Below are positions 47,728 to 57,578 of a DNA stretch of 64,000 bases, in pieces (position 1 is the first letter of the stretch; the number at the start of each line of letters is the position of its first letter). This DNA is from Microcoleus sp. (lineage in GTDB: Bacteria; Cyanobacteriota; Cyanobacteriia; Cyanobacteriales; Microcoleaceae): contig CP181291.1 in the NCBI GenBank assembly GCA_052279835.1, forward strand, positions 4,416,001-4,480,000, read 5' to 3'. Made by a program: the position numbers and the translations under genes. Below the pieces are notes generated by a model. That model saw only the letters and a program-made list of their open reading frames with translations, was not told the origin of the DNA and did not search any database.

Positions 47728-48669
47728 ATGAAGCAACTTTTAATTGCTGAGCGCATCTGCCTGGTTGCCCACGTCTTATCGATGGCTTTTGGATTGGCAG
47801 GGTTATTACTGATTTTACCCCGTCCTGAATTGGTGATGAGCTTGCCTCCGGCTGGGCAAACTTTGTTCCAGTGGGGGATGGCTGGGGGTGGAGTAGTTTA
47901 TATCATTTTTGGTGCAGCAGCCGTTGCTCTCTATGCCTTTCGGACATTGGGCTTAGGTGCTACTCTCACTTTTTTACTGCCTTCGGTATTTTTATCTTTG
48001 GGTAGTGAGTTATTGGGTACGAGTACAGGTTTTCCCTTCGGCCACTACCACTATTTGAGCGGTTTGGGCTACAAAATTGCAGGGTTGGTGCCGTTTACAA
48101 TCCCGCTGTCGTGGTTTTATCTGGGAATGGTTTGTTATGTGATTGCTCGCGCTGGATTGAGCTCTGGTAAAGGGGAACTCAACTGGGTGCGTCAGCTTGG
48201 GGCGATCGCCCTTGGTGCTGTGTTACTAACAGCATGGGATTTTGTACTAGATCCGGCGATGAGTCAGACTTCTGTGCCTTTTTGGGAGTTTGAGGAACTT
48301 GGAGCTTTCTTCGGGATGCCTTACCGCAATTTGGCGGGATGGATGGGTACGGGGGCGCTGTTTATGTCTGTAGCAGCTTTTTTCTGGAGAAAAACTCCGA
48401 TTCATTTGGAGCGCTCGGAAATGGGTTTGCCCTTAATTGTTTATGTGGTAAATTTTGCTTTCGGAGCAATTATTACTGTAACTTCTTTGGATTCTCGGTT
48501 CTGGTTCCCCACAATGCTAGCTGTGCTTCTGGGTGTAGTGCCGGCGATCGTCTTAAGTTCGATGGCAAAACCCGCAGCAGGTAAGGTGACAGAAACAATT
48601 CCGTCTCTGGATAAGTCTGCTGTGACAACGGAAATTCCACCTCAGCCGGTTGGCGCTGTACGCAAGTAA
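47728..48669 (+). CDS. cruF: carotenoid 1',2'-hydratase / gamma-carotene 1'-hydroxylase
   Basis: SELLGTSTGFPFGHY, VPFTIPLSWF, AWDFVLDPAM, GMPYRNLAGW; upstream of cruG. Confidence 0.9.
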   Translation: MKQLLIAERICLVAHVLSMAFGLAGLLLILPRPELVMSLPPAGQTLFQWGMAGGGVVYIIFGAAAVALYAFRTLGLGATLTFLLPSVFLSLGSELLGTSTGFPFGHYHYLSGLGYKIAGLVPFTIPLSWFYLGMVCYVIARAGLSSGKGELNWVRQLGAIALGAVLLTAWDFVLDPAMSQTSVPFWEFEELGAFFGMPYRNLAGWMGTGALFMSVAAFFWRKTPIHLERSEMGLPLIVYVVNFAFGAIITVTSLDSRFWFPTMLAVLLGVVPAIVLSSMAKPAAGKVTETIPSLDKSAVTTEIPPQPVGAVRK

Positions 48670-48766
48670 GATCTAATCAGGAATTTTACAGCTATTAAAA
48701 AAACCCGGTTTCAGCAAGAAACCGGGTTTTTTCGCGATATTTTCCGGCCCAATTCCTGTAATATGT

Positions 48767-50014
48767 TTGGAGTTAAAAATTTATGCAATTTTTCAATTTA
48801 AATTGATTTCCCCGATCGCCCCGAACCTTCCCCCCAATCTCTTGACAAGTATCATCTGTGTCACACTCCTGCTGCTGCAATTACCCGCCGTGGCAATTCT
48901 GATGTCGCGCTTAATCAAAGGCCCCTCGCGCATCCCGCCCCTAGAACCCGCATCGCCGACACTGGATTTGCTTGGTGCTTGTACAGTAGTTGTCCCGACT
49001 TTGAATGAAGCCGATCGCATTTCGCCTTGTTTAGATGGATTAACCAACCAAAGTTACGAACTCCGAGAAGTTATTGTCGTTGATAGCTATTCCGTTGACG
49101 GCACCGCAGATTTAGTTAAAGCCGCAGCAGCAAAAGACCCCCGGTTTCGCGTCATTAATGATGACCCACTGCCGGCTGGTTGGGTGGGGCGTCCTTGGGC
49201 TTTACACACTGGTTTTTTGGCAAGTTCCCACAAGTGTGAGTGGATTTTGGGGATAGATGCTGATACTGTGCCGCATCCGGGTTTGATTGCAAGTTTGCTC
49301 AAAACGGCGATCGCCAAAAATTATGATTTAATTTCATTATCGCCGCAGTTTATTCTTAAGTATCCAGGGGAATTGTGGCTGCAACCGGCGCTGTTGATGA
49401 CTTTGGTTTATCGGTTCGGACCCACCGGGACTGGTGGAGATGTACCGGAATTGGTGATGGCGAACGGTCAATGTTTTTTGTGTCGGCGCGAGGTTTTGGT
49501 GGCACTAGGGGGCTACGAGTCGGCGTCGGGTTCCTTTTGCGATGATGTGACTCTGGCTCGCTATGCTGCTGCTAAGGGCTTTAAGGTGGGCTTTTTGGAT
49601 GGGGCTAAGGTGTTAAAGGTGCGGATGTATGAGGGGGCGATCGAGACTTGGAATGAGTGGGGGCGATCGCTCGATTTGAAGGATGCTGCTTCTAGGGTTC
49701 AAATTTGGGGCGATTTGTGGCTGCTGTTTGCAGTTCAAGGTTTGCCGGTGCTGATTTTATTGGGTTATTTGTTGCTTGGTTGGCGATCGCCTGTGGCGGT
49801 GTTTCCCTACGGTTTGCTGTTGGGATTGAATCTATTTTTGCTGGCGGTGCGATCGGCTTTGTGTTTGGCGATCGCACCTTCCTACGATCGCGCTCAAGCA
49901 TCAGGTAAATGGCTGTTTTGGCTTTCACCTTTGGCCGATCCGCTAGCGTTTTTGCGGATTCTGATTTCTGCGTTGAATCAACCGACTCAGTGGCGCGGCC
50001 GCAAGTATAGTTAG
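48767..50014 (+). CDS. cruG: carotenoid (myxol) 2'-O-glycosyltransferase, GT2
   Basis: VVVPTLNEADR, GWVGRPWAL, DAD, MANGQCF, SFCDDVTLAR, WRGRKY; start uncertain. Confidence 0.9.
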   Translation: MELKIYAIFQFKLISPIAPNLPPNLLTSIICVTLLLLQLPAVAILMSRLIKGPSRIPPLEPASPTLDLLGACTVVVPTLNEADRISPCLDGLTNQSYELREVIVVDSYSVDGTADLVKAAAAKDPRFRVINDDPLPAGWVGRPWALHTGFLASSHKCEWILGIDADTVPHPGLIASLLKTAIAKNYDLISLSPQFILKYPGELWLQPALLMTLVYRFGPTGTGGDVPELVMANGQCFLCRREVLVALGGYESASGSFCDDVTLARYAAAKGFKVGFLDGAKVLKVRMYEGAIETWNEWGRSLDLKDAASRVQIWGDLWLLFAVQGLPVLILLGYLLLGWRSPVAVFPYGLLLGLNLFLLAVRSALCLAIAPSYDRAQASGKWLFWLSPLADPLAFLRILISALNQPTQWRGRKYS

Positions 50015-50111
50015 GCGGTAGCAACCGAACATAATATAAGGACACAACAATGTTCACAGGTGTCAACAATCGCCTGAAAGCCTTGATAAATCTCGTTTTT
50101 CTGCTAAGTCT

Positions 50112-50194
50112 AGATCCCCCTAAATCCCCCTTAAGAAGGGGGACTTTGAGAAGATTCCTGTCCCCCCCTTCTTAAGGGGGGCTAGGGGGGATCT
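50112..50194. repeat. G/C-rich palindromic dispersed repeat
   Basis: AGATCCCCCTAAATCCCCCTTAAGAAGGGGGACTTT...CCCCCCTTCTTAAGGGGGGGCTAGGGGGGATCT; partial copy at 6055-6086. Confidence 0.85.
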
Positions 50195-50252
50195 GACCTC
50201 GATCGTCAAACAGTAGTCTCTGAGCGGTTCTCAGTTTTGATCCTTCGATACG

Positions 50253-51086
50253 CTAAGGGCGTTTTCTTACCAGCGAATCATTGAACAACAACGAATCCGA
50301 TCGATTTTGTTTCACTTTTTCAGCAGTTGTCCCACCACCGCTCTCATTAATGCGATCGTTAAGTTTGTTAGGACATTCTTGGCGAATTTCAGATAGTTTA
50401 TCATACCATCTCGGTCGATTGATAAAAGTCGCACCATCTGGACTCCAAGCTGCTTCAAATACCATCCCGGTGTTGGGGGTTTTCTTTTGAATACCAAGCT
50501 CGTCATAGATGTCAATGGGAGTCCCTTCTCGCGTGTGGCCTTTGCCGTTGCCGCAGTAATCGGCCCGTGTCATGCGCGTGCAAGCTTGGTGATAGTCTCG
50601 GAGTGACTTTCCGTTGACCTTCTTCCAAGGTTTGTAGCCGAAGCGAACGCACTTAGCTAGAACTCCACTCGTACAGCCCAATGTCATGAGATCGCTCGAT
50701 TCTGTGTGCTTTCCTGTCTTATCCCACGAGCCCGTCAGCGGAATTGCCTTGGCGACATTCTCGGCATCAGGAGTACACAAATTCTTCCATTGAGAATCAG
50801 CAGAATCGAGATAAAAGACTGTATAAAGATAGGTTTCTTTTTCGGGGTCTTTTGGGTCTAGTTCAACATCTTTGATTTGAAAGTTCAGCTTTCTCCCCTG
50901 CTCGTCAACGGCGTTAAACTGTGCGCCTTTTAAGTTTTTGCCTTTAACAATTTCAGTTTTATGGGCAGTCGCGCTGGTGTCTGGTTCGGTTTTATAACTG
51001 CTGTTTTGATTCTTGGCAAACACTCCGCAGCTTAAAAGCAACACCGGAAAAACAACAACAAAACTGTATATAAATGTCTTTTTCAT
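50253..51086 (-). CDS. ADYC domain-containing exported (lipo)protein
   Basis: Signal with LLSC lipobox-like motif; AKCVRFGYKPW, HQACTRMTRADYCGNG, FEAAW. Confidence 0.85.
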   Translation of the reverse strand: MKKTFIYSFVVVFPVLLLSCGVFAKNQNSSYKTEPDTSATAHKTEIVKGKNLKGAQFNAVDEQGRKLNFQIKDVELDPKDPEKETYLYTVFYLDSADSQWKNLCTPDAENVAKAIPLTGSWDKTGKHTESSDLMTLGCTSGVLAKCVRFGYKPWKKVNGKSLRDYHQACTRMTRADYCGNGKGHTREGTPIDIYDELGIQKKTPNTGMVFEAAWSPDGATFINRPRWYDKLSEIRQECPNKLNDRINESGGGTTAEKVKQNRSDSLLFNDSLVRKRP

Positions 51087-51110
51087 CGTTTCAATTTCTG
51101 CCAGGGATTG

Positions 51111-51143
51111 AGATACCCGACTTCTTTAAGAAGTCGGGTATCT
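51111..51143. repeat. perfect hairpin (REP-like / possible terminator)
   Basis: AGATACCCGACTTCT-TTA-AGAAGTCGGGTATCT. Confidence 0.75.
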
Positions 51144-51152
51144 TTGGGAGAA

Positions 51153-51617
51153 CTATCTTCTCCTGCAACCAATATAGGGATACATGAGACAGGGGTCTAC
51201 GAACATTTTGCCTTGCATCTCAGCAGCAACTTGCGTTACGCCTACAAGCTGTCCACCTTCCACTTTAAGGCTTTGCAATTCCATGCCTTGCAGTTTTGCG
51301 GCTTGCATAGTCGTGCCCGGGAGTACGAGAGCGTTCACTTTCAAGCCGTTGAGCTGCCCGTTCAGACTCCAGCCGTTCCACTGGAGGCCGTTGAGCCAGA
51401 CGCCGCCGCCACCCAGGGGGGCAACAAAAGTGGGACGGTTTTCGGGGGCTTTTGGGAGTTCAGCATCTTTGACTTGAAAGTTCAGCTTTCTCCCCTGCTC
51501 GTTAACTGCGTTAAACTGTGCGCTTATTAAGTCTTTGCCTTTAACAATAGCCAGCCCTGAGAAAGCTAAAGAGAGTGCTGCTGTAGCAAGGGCGATGGTT
51601 AATACACTTTTCTTCAT
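51153..51617 (-). CDS. small secreted protein with xxxNG pentapeptide-like repeats
   Basis: Signal peptide MKKSVLTIALATAALSL; WLNGLQWNGWSLNGQLNG; shares about 36 aa with the ADYC protein. Confidence 0.7.
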   Translation of the reverse strand: MKKSVLTIALATAALSLAFSGLAIVKGKDLISAQFNAVNEQGRKLNFQVKDAELPKAPENRPTFVAPLGGGGVWLNGLQWNGWSLNGQLNGLKVNALVLPGTTMQAAKLQGMELQSLKVEGGQLVGVTQVAAEMQGKMFVDPCLMYPYIGCRRR

Positions 51618-51738
51618 GGTGAAAATCCTCAACTGTGTTTTCAAGACGTTGCCTATTTGCTGCAATGTTTGAGCTACTAATTTTCGCAACCGATGGCTTG
51701 CAGCTAAAGAGAGGTTGTTTTCTCTCTAATCCCATCTA

Positions 51739-51817
51739 TAAATTCATCAAAACACGCAGATGACCGAGATCGAGACTGAGAATGTACTGACTTGTTACCG
51801 ACTTTCGAGTAACTTGC
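51739..51817. repeat. 79-bp direct repeat, copy 1 (putative regulatory element)
   Basis: 73/79 identical to 53501-53579 by manual alignment. Confidence 0.9.
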
Positions 51818-51855
51818 AACGACTCTCTTAGCGCTGCCGCACCGCTCACCACAGC

Positions 51856-53430
51856 TCAGGACACCTTAGGGCCATACACCTTGAGATCGGTCAAGCGAAA
51901 ACCTTTGGCAGAGAGTTCTTTCCACTTGGCCTCAAACCCATCCCAGTCGTCGCCCACCCAGAGCGCCTGGGCATCGCTGCCAGCACGGAAAACTCCGGCG
52001 TAACGACGTGTGTTGCCGTCAACGTAGGTCTCAATATCGATCAGGCGCAGACCTTTGGCGTCGAGTTCCTTCCACTTGGCTTCAAACCCATCCCAGTCGT
52101 CGCCCACCCAGAGCGCCTGGGCATCGCTGCCGGCACGGAAAACTCCGGCGTAACGACGCTTGTTGCCGTCAACGTAGGTCTCAAGATCGATGAGGCGCAG
52201 GCCCTTTCCTGAGAGTTCTTTCCACTTGGCTTCAAACCCATCCCAGTCGTCGCCCACCCAGAGCGCCTGGGCATCGTTGCCAGCGCGGAAAACTCCGGCG
52301 TAACGACGCTTGTTGCCGTCAACGTAGGTCTCAAGATCGATGAGGCGCAGTCCTTTGCCGGAGAACTCCTCGTACTTGGCCTTGAACCCATCCCAATCGT
52401 CGCCCACCCAGAGCGCCTGGGCATCGCTGCCAGCGCGGAACACTCCAACGTAGCGGCGCGTGTTGTCGGCAACGTAGGTCTCAAGATCGATCAGGCGCAG
52501 TCCTTTGCCGGAGAACTCCTCGCACTTGGCCTTGAACCCATCCCAGTCGTCGCCCACCCAGAGCGCGTGGGCGTCGCTGCCAGCGCGGAACACCCCGGCG
52601 TAGCGCGTTCCTTTGCTGGCTTCGATAAGGTGGCTCCGGGTCTTGTGCTCCACCGTCTTGCGCACGACAGCGATTTGCTGCTTGCTGATCGTGACGGGCG
52701 GTTGGCACCTGGAGAAATAGCTCATCAGGTTGTGCCGATCGGGTTGGAAGCTCACACCTTCGATGAAGAAGCTCGATGGTCCGCCGCAAAGATCTTTGTC
52801 AACCTTCTCTTCGTAGTAAGCTGTGCAGGGGTCGGGGGGCGTATCCGACAGCAGATCGCCGTTGAGACCGATCGCGCCTTCCTCCTTTACGAGCTTGATA
52901 ACATCTTCAATCTTGGTCGTGCCCCAACCGGGGTGGGTGTGAAACAAACCGAGATAGTGCCCGGTCTCGTGCGCGAGAATCACGCCAGCGCGGGAGCCGA
53001 AACGGTCCGCCTGATTCGTAATGGCAACAAAATCAATGTTGTCGTGTGGCAGTTTCGCCCGAGCCGGGATTGCTTGGCCAGTGTTCGGTGGATACGCGAA
53101 CCAGTTGTCCGCCGGCTTGTTTTTGTCTGCACCCCAACGCAGGAACACGACAAGCTTGCCACGATGCTCGGCGGCAACTTTATTAGCCGATTCCCAAAAC
53201 TTAGTAGAAGGGGCGTTGTTCAGGCTGTTGAGCGTCGTGTCGCAGCGAGGCTTCCAATCTTTGGCAGGGTCAAAGGCGAAGCGCAGATCCGTCGGCTTGA
53301 AGTGGTCGCTAGCCTCCTTTACCTTTTCCGCGAACTGTTCTGGGGTGATTGTGTTCCCACGACCACCATCGTCGTCCGACAGAGGGATAGCGTGAATGTG
53401 GATTGTGTAGATTTGGGGCATTTTGGACAT
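51856..53430 (-). CDS. M43 (pappalysin/ulilysin-like) zinc metalloprotease with five C-terminal 50-aa tandem repeats (BTRD1-like)
   Basis: HETGHYLGLFHTH, DTPPD, NLMSY Met-turn; RYAGVFRAGSDAQALWVGDDWDGF... x5 at a 150-bp period; visibly GC-rich. Confidence 0.88.
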   Translation of the reverse strand: MSKMPQIYTIHIHAIPLSDDDGGRGNTITPEQFAEKVKEASDHFKPTDLRFAFDPAKDWKPRCDTTLNSLNNAPSTKFWESANKVAAEHRGKLVVFLRWGADKNKPADNWFAYPPNTGQAIPARAKLPHDNIDFVAITNQADRFGSRAGVILAHETGHYLGLFHTHPGWGTTKIEDVIKLVKEEGAIGLNGDLLSDTPPDPCTAYYEEKVDKDLCGGPSSFFIEGVSFQPDRHNLMSYFSRCQPPVTISKQQIAVVRKTVEHKTRSHLIEASKGTRYAGVFRAGSDAHALWVGDDWDGFKAKCEEFSGKGLRLIDLETYVADNTRRYVGVFRAGSDAQALWVGDDWDGFKAKYEEFSGKGLRLIDLETYVDGNKRRYAGVFRAGNDAQALWVGDDWDGFEAKWKELSGKGLRLIDLETYVDGNKRRYAGVFRAGSDAQALWVGDDWDGFEAKWKELDAKGLRLIDIETYVDGNTRRYAGVFRAGSDAQALWVGDDWDGFEAKWKELSAKGFRLTDLKVYGPKVS

Positions 53431-53500
53431 CCTTACCTAAAAAGGCTAATGAAAAATTGCTTTGAATATCGAGCACCCGCATCAGACTTCTCATCTCTAC

Positions 53501-53579
53501 TAAATTCATCAAAACTTGCCGTTGACCGAGATCGAGACTGGGAATGTACTGACTTATTACCGACTTTCGAGTAACTTGC
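53501..53579. repeat. 79-bp direct repeat, copy 2 (putative regulatory element)
   Basis: Lies between the divergent M43 and NB-ARC-WD40 starts. Confidence 0.9.
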
Positions 53580-53611
53580 TAAAATCTGCATAACTTTCCG
53601 GGGTATAGGGT

Positions 53612-56600
53612 ATGTCACGATCGCTCAAAGTTCGCAGCGACTGCATTCAGCAAGCTAAATTAGCCCTCAAGCGCCATGGCTTTCCCAGTCAAAGAGCCTT
53701 TGCTGAAGAATTAGGACTCGCTTTATCAACTCTCAGCAGGTTCCTTACAGGAAAAACCGTTGATTATGCGACTTTTCTGGAGATTTGTGGAAAATTGGGG
53801 CTGGAGTGGCGAGAGATTTCTGATTTGGGCGAAAATCGGGTTCCATCCCAGTCTGTAGACGTGAAATCCTCCCTCTTGATGGCCAACAGACACCAAGATT
53901 GGGGCGGGGCACCTGATGTCTCGGTTTTCTTTGGTCGTAGTGACGAACTGACCACTCTAGAACAATGGATTGTACAAGATAATTGCCGTTTAGTAGTGTT
54001 GCTGGGGATGGGTGGAATTGGTAAAACAGCTTTGGCTGCCAAGCTTGCCCAACAACTGCAATCAGGATTTGAGTATGTCATTTGGCGAAGTCTTCGCAAT
54101 GCACCCCCTGTAGAAGAGATATTGGCAGAACTAATCCAATTTCTCTCTAACCAACAAGAAACAAACCTGCCTATTAACCTAGACGGCAGAATTTTGCGCT
54201 TGATAAATTATTTACGCTCCTCGCGCTGTCTGCTAGTTTTGGATAATGCGGAATCGGTTTTACAAGCAGGCGATGAAGTGCGGCATAGCTTTGCTAACTC
54301 CTACGGAGTCGCTTCGCTAACACGCACGGGACGCTTTCGAGAAGGATATGAAGGTTACGGTGAGTTACTCAAATGTGTTGGGGAAACAAATCACCACAGC
54401 AGCTTGATATTAACCAGTCGCGAGAAACCACAAGGATTAGCCGCTTTAGAGGGCGAAACACTACCGGTTCGCTGCTTGCAAGTGACAGGTTTACCCGCAG
54501 CCCAAGGACGAGAAATTTTCTCTGCCAAGGGGTCTTTTACTGGGTCAGAAGTTGAATGGACGAGCGTGATTTCACGCTATAGTGGGAATCCCTTAGCTTT
54601 AAAAATAGTAGCTTCAGGGGTAACAGATTTTTTTGATAGCAGTATTTCTCGCTTTTTAGAATTTTTAAAGCAAGGTTCGTTTATTTTTGATGATATCCGC
54701 GATTTGTTAGAGCGGCAGTTTCAGCGACTGAGTGATATAGAACAAGAGATTATGTACTGGTTAGCCATCAATCGCGAACCAGTGTTGTTAGAAGAATTGC
54801 TTGAGGATTTTGTCTGCCCGATATCAAGTAGCGAACTTCTACAGGCACTAGGCTCATTGCAACGCCGATCGTTGATTGAAAAAAACAACGCTCGATTTAC
54901 CCAACAACCTGTAGTCATGAAGTACGCGACTATTCGATTAATCGATCGGATTTGTGAAGAAATTATTGGGTTCAATCTTGAATATTTAAAGGTTGAAAAT
55001 TGTAATAAATTTGCAAATTTTCAACCCGCTCGCCTTCAACTATTTAGAAGTCACGCTCTGGTCAAATCTCAAGCCAAAGAGTATGTTTTTGAAACTCAAA
55101 TTCGCCTCATTCTTCAACCAGCGATCGATCGATTAATTGCGAGTATTAGCGACTCAAAAACTCTCGAAAATTGTCTAGCTAAAATTCTTGAGATGCTACG
55201 AGCGAAACCGCCCCTAAAGATTGGATATGCAAGTGGAAATATTATCAATCTACTTCGCCAATTACAGATAGATCTAAGCGGTTATGACTTTTCAAATCTA
55301 ACGGTTTGGCAAGCCAACCTCCAGGGGATAAACTTGCACAATGTCAATTTCGCCAATTCTGACCTGTGTCAATCGGTTTTTTCTGACATATTGAGTCCTG
55401 TTACGTCAGTAGCACTGACACCAGATGGCAAATGTGTGGCGACGGCTGATATAGATAATAATATTCACCTGTGGGACGTGCAAAAAGGAAAACAACTTTT
55501 GACCTTTCAAGGACACACCCACTGGGTAAAATCAGTTGCTTGGAGTCCAGATAGTCAAACCCTAGCGAGTAGTAGTTATGACCACACGGTGAAGCTTTGG
55601 GATGTTCGTACTGGCATCTGTCTAAAAACTTATACCGGACATAGTAATATAGTCCACTCAGTCGCCTTCAGTCCGGATGGTCAAATCTTAGCGAGTGGTA
55701 GTGCTGATAACACAGTAAAGTTGTGGAATGTCACGACTGATAGTTGCGTTAGAACGTTCACCGGACATACAAATGAAATCTATTCAGTCGCCTTTAGTCG
55801 GGATGGTCAAATTTTAGCGAGTGCTAGTGCTGACAGCACGGTAAAGTTTTGGGATGTACGCAAGGGCAAGTGCTTTAAGACGTTATACGGACATAGGAAT
55901 TCGGTCTATGCAGTTGCCTTCAGTCCGGATGGTCAAACCCTAGCGAGTGGTAGTGCTGACTGCACAGTCAGGCTTTGGGATATCCGTGATGGTAAGTGCG
56001 TTAAAATTTGCACGGGACATAGCAGTGTAGTTGCATCAGTCGCCTTTAGTCCCAACGGTCAAACCGTAGTGAGTGGTAGTTTTGACAAAACGGTAAAGTT
56101 GTGGGATGTTAGCACGGGTAGCTGTGCAAGAACCTTCATCGGACATAGCGATCGGGTAGAGTCTGTTACCTATGTACGCGCAGGCTACGCCAACACTCAA
56201 GATGGTCAAATAGTAGTGAGTGGTGGTTTTGACCGTACAATTCGGTTTTGGGATTGTCAAACAGGCAAATGTTTCAAAACTCACACCGGATATAACAGTT
56301 GTGTATTAGCAGTTCCTTTTAGTCCCTGCGGTAAGCTCTTAGCTAGTGGCAACATTGACGCTACACTGAGGCTGTGGGATGTCAATACTGGCAGTTGCGT
56401 GAGAACGTTCGCGGGACATACTAAATCAGTCATAGGAGTCGCATTTAGTCCTGATGGTAAAACAATTGCTAGTGGGGGTGCTGACAAAACGCTGAAGTTA
56501 TGGAATGTCAATACGGGCAAGTGCATAAAAACATTCGCGGGACATACTGATTGGGTATATGGAGTTGCCTTTAGTCCAGATGGCAAAACTTTAGCCAGTA

Positions 56601-57286
56601 GCGGTTGGGATCAGAGCATCAGGTTCTGGGATTGTCAAACGGGTCAATGTTTCCGAACTTGTACCGAACCTAGCAATTCCATATTTTTCCTCCCCATGTT
56701 TTTCGTCACTTTCAGTCCCAGCAGTAAAACCCTAGCCAGTAGCAGTTTTGACTGTGTAAAACTATGGGATGTCAGCACTGGCAGTTGCTTAAAAACCTTC
56801 ACCGGACATACAAATGAAGTATGTTGGGTTGCCTTTAGTCCGGATGGTCAAATCGTAGCTAGTGCTAGTGCCGATCGAACGTTGAAGTTGTGGGATGTCA
56901 ATACGGGTAACTGCATCAAAACATTGACTGGGCATACCAATTGGATATGGTCAGTTGCCTTTAGCCCAGACGGAAAAACCTTGCTTAGTGGTAGTTGCGA
57001 TGGAACGGTGAGGCTGTGGGATGTCAGCACTGGAAGATGTATCAGAACTCTCACCGGACATACCCGTGAAATCTACGCAGTCAGTTTTAGTCCTGATGGT
57101 CAAACTGTAGCAAGTGGCTGTGCTGATGAAACGGGAAGGCTGTGGGATGTCAATACGGGTGAGTGCCTAAAAATACTGAAACCACCCCGACTCTACGAAG
57201 GCATGAACATCACTGGGGTAACAGGTTTAACCCAAGCACAGAAAGCGACGCTGATAGCTCTGGGGGCGATCGCTCGCGGGGAATGA
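53612..57286 (+). CDS. STAND NTPase: N-terminal HTH + NB-ARC + pentapeptide linker + 14 WD40 repeats
   Basis: [33 protein letters not shown] Walker A; LLVLDNAE Walker B; GNPLAL; GH...W(D/N) repeats x14. Confidence 0.95.
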   Translation: MSRSLKVRSDCIQQAKLALKRHGFPSQRAFAEELGLALSTLSRFLTGKTVDYATFLEICGKLGLEWREISDLGENRVPSQSVDVKSSLLMANRHQDWGGAPDVSVFFGRSDELTTLEQWIVQDNCRLVVLLGMGGIGKTALAAKLAQQLQSGFEYVIWRSLRNAPPVEEILAELIQFLSNQQETNLPINLDGRILRLINYLRSSRCLLVLDNAESVLQAGDEVRHSFANSYGVASLTRTGRFREGYEGYGELLKCVGETNHHSSLILTSREKPQGLAALEGETLPVRCLQVTGLPAAQGREIFSAKGSFTGSEVEWTSVISRYSGNPLALKIVASGVTDFFDSSISRFLEFLKQGSFIFDDIRDLLERQFQRLSDIEQEIMYWLAINREPVLLEELLEDFVCPISSSELLQALGSLQRRSLIEKNNARFTQQPVVMKYATIRLIDRICEEIIGFNLEYLKVENCNKFANFQPARLQLFRSHALVKSQAKEYVFETQIRLILQPAIDRLIASISDSKTLENCLAKILEMLRAKPPLKIGYASGNIINLLRQLQIDLSGYDFSNLTVWQANLQGINLHNVNFANSDLCQSVFSDILSPVTSVALTPDGKCVATADIDNNIHLWDVQKGKQLLTFQGHTHWVKSVAWSPDSQTLASSSYDHTVKLWDVRTGICLKTYTGHSNIVHSVAFSPDGQILASGSADNTVKLWNVTTDSCVRTFTGHTNEIYSVAFSRDGQILASASADSTVKFWDVRKGKCFKTLYGHRNSVYAVAFSPDGQTLASGSADCTVRLWDIRDGKCVKICTGHSSVVASVAFSPNGQTVVSGSFDKTVKLWDVSTGSCARTFIGHSDRVESVTYVRAGYANTQDGQIVVSGGFDRTIRFWDCQTGKCFKTHTGYNSCVLAVPFSPCGKLLASGNIDATLRLWDVNTGSCVRTFAGHTKSVIGVAFSPDGKTIASGGADKTLKLWNVNTGKCIKTFAGHTDWVYGVAFSPDGKTLASSGWDQSIRFWDCQTGQCFRTCTEPSNSIFFLPMFFVTFSPSSKTLASSSFDCVKLWDVSTGSCLKTFTGHTNEVCWVAFSPDGQIVASASADRTLKLWDVNTGNCIKTLTGHTNWIWSVAFSPDGKTLLSGSCDGTVRLWDVSTGRCIRTLTGHTREIYAVSFSPDGQTVASGCADETGRLWDVNTGECLKILKPPRLYEGMNITGVTGLTQAQKATLIALGAIARGE

Positions 57287-57578
57287 ATGGGGTCGATCGA
57301 TCTCAAATTTGGGGCGATTTGTGGCTGTTGCTGGCGGCTCAATGTTTGCCAGTGCCTGTTTTACTGTGCTATTTGCTGTTTTGTTCCCAAACGCCTTTGA
57401 CTGTATTTCCCCAGGGTTGGCTGTTGGGATTGAATCTGTTTTTAGTGCTAGTGCGATCGGCTTTGTGAGGAGCGATCGCACAAACGCATCGGGTAAATGG
57501 CTGTTTTGGCTTTCTCCTTTGGCCGATCCGCTAGCATTTTTGCGGATTCTGATTTCTGCGTTGAATCAGCATACTCAA
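57262..57578 (+). pseudogene. degenerate duplicate of the cruG 3' end
   Basis: Aligns with 49633-49990 (QIWGDLWLL..., ASGKWLFWLSPLADPLAFLRILISALNQ) with deletions and a frameshift. Confidence 0.9.

Noticed and set aside
51880..52610. 150-bp repeats as CRISPR or as a DGR template/variable pair
   Set aside because: They encode 50-aa protein repeats; differences are not adenine-specific and no reverse transcriptase is in the window.
52567..53574. 335-aa plus-strand ORF
   Set aside because: Antisense shadow of the GC-rich M43 gene with no recognisable motifs.
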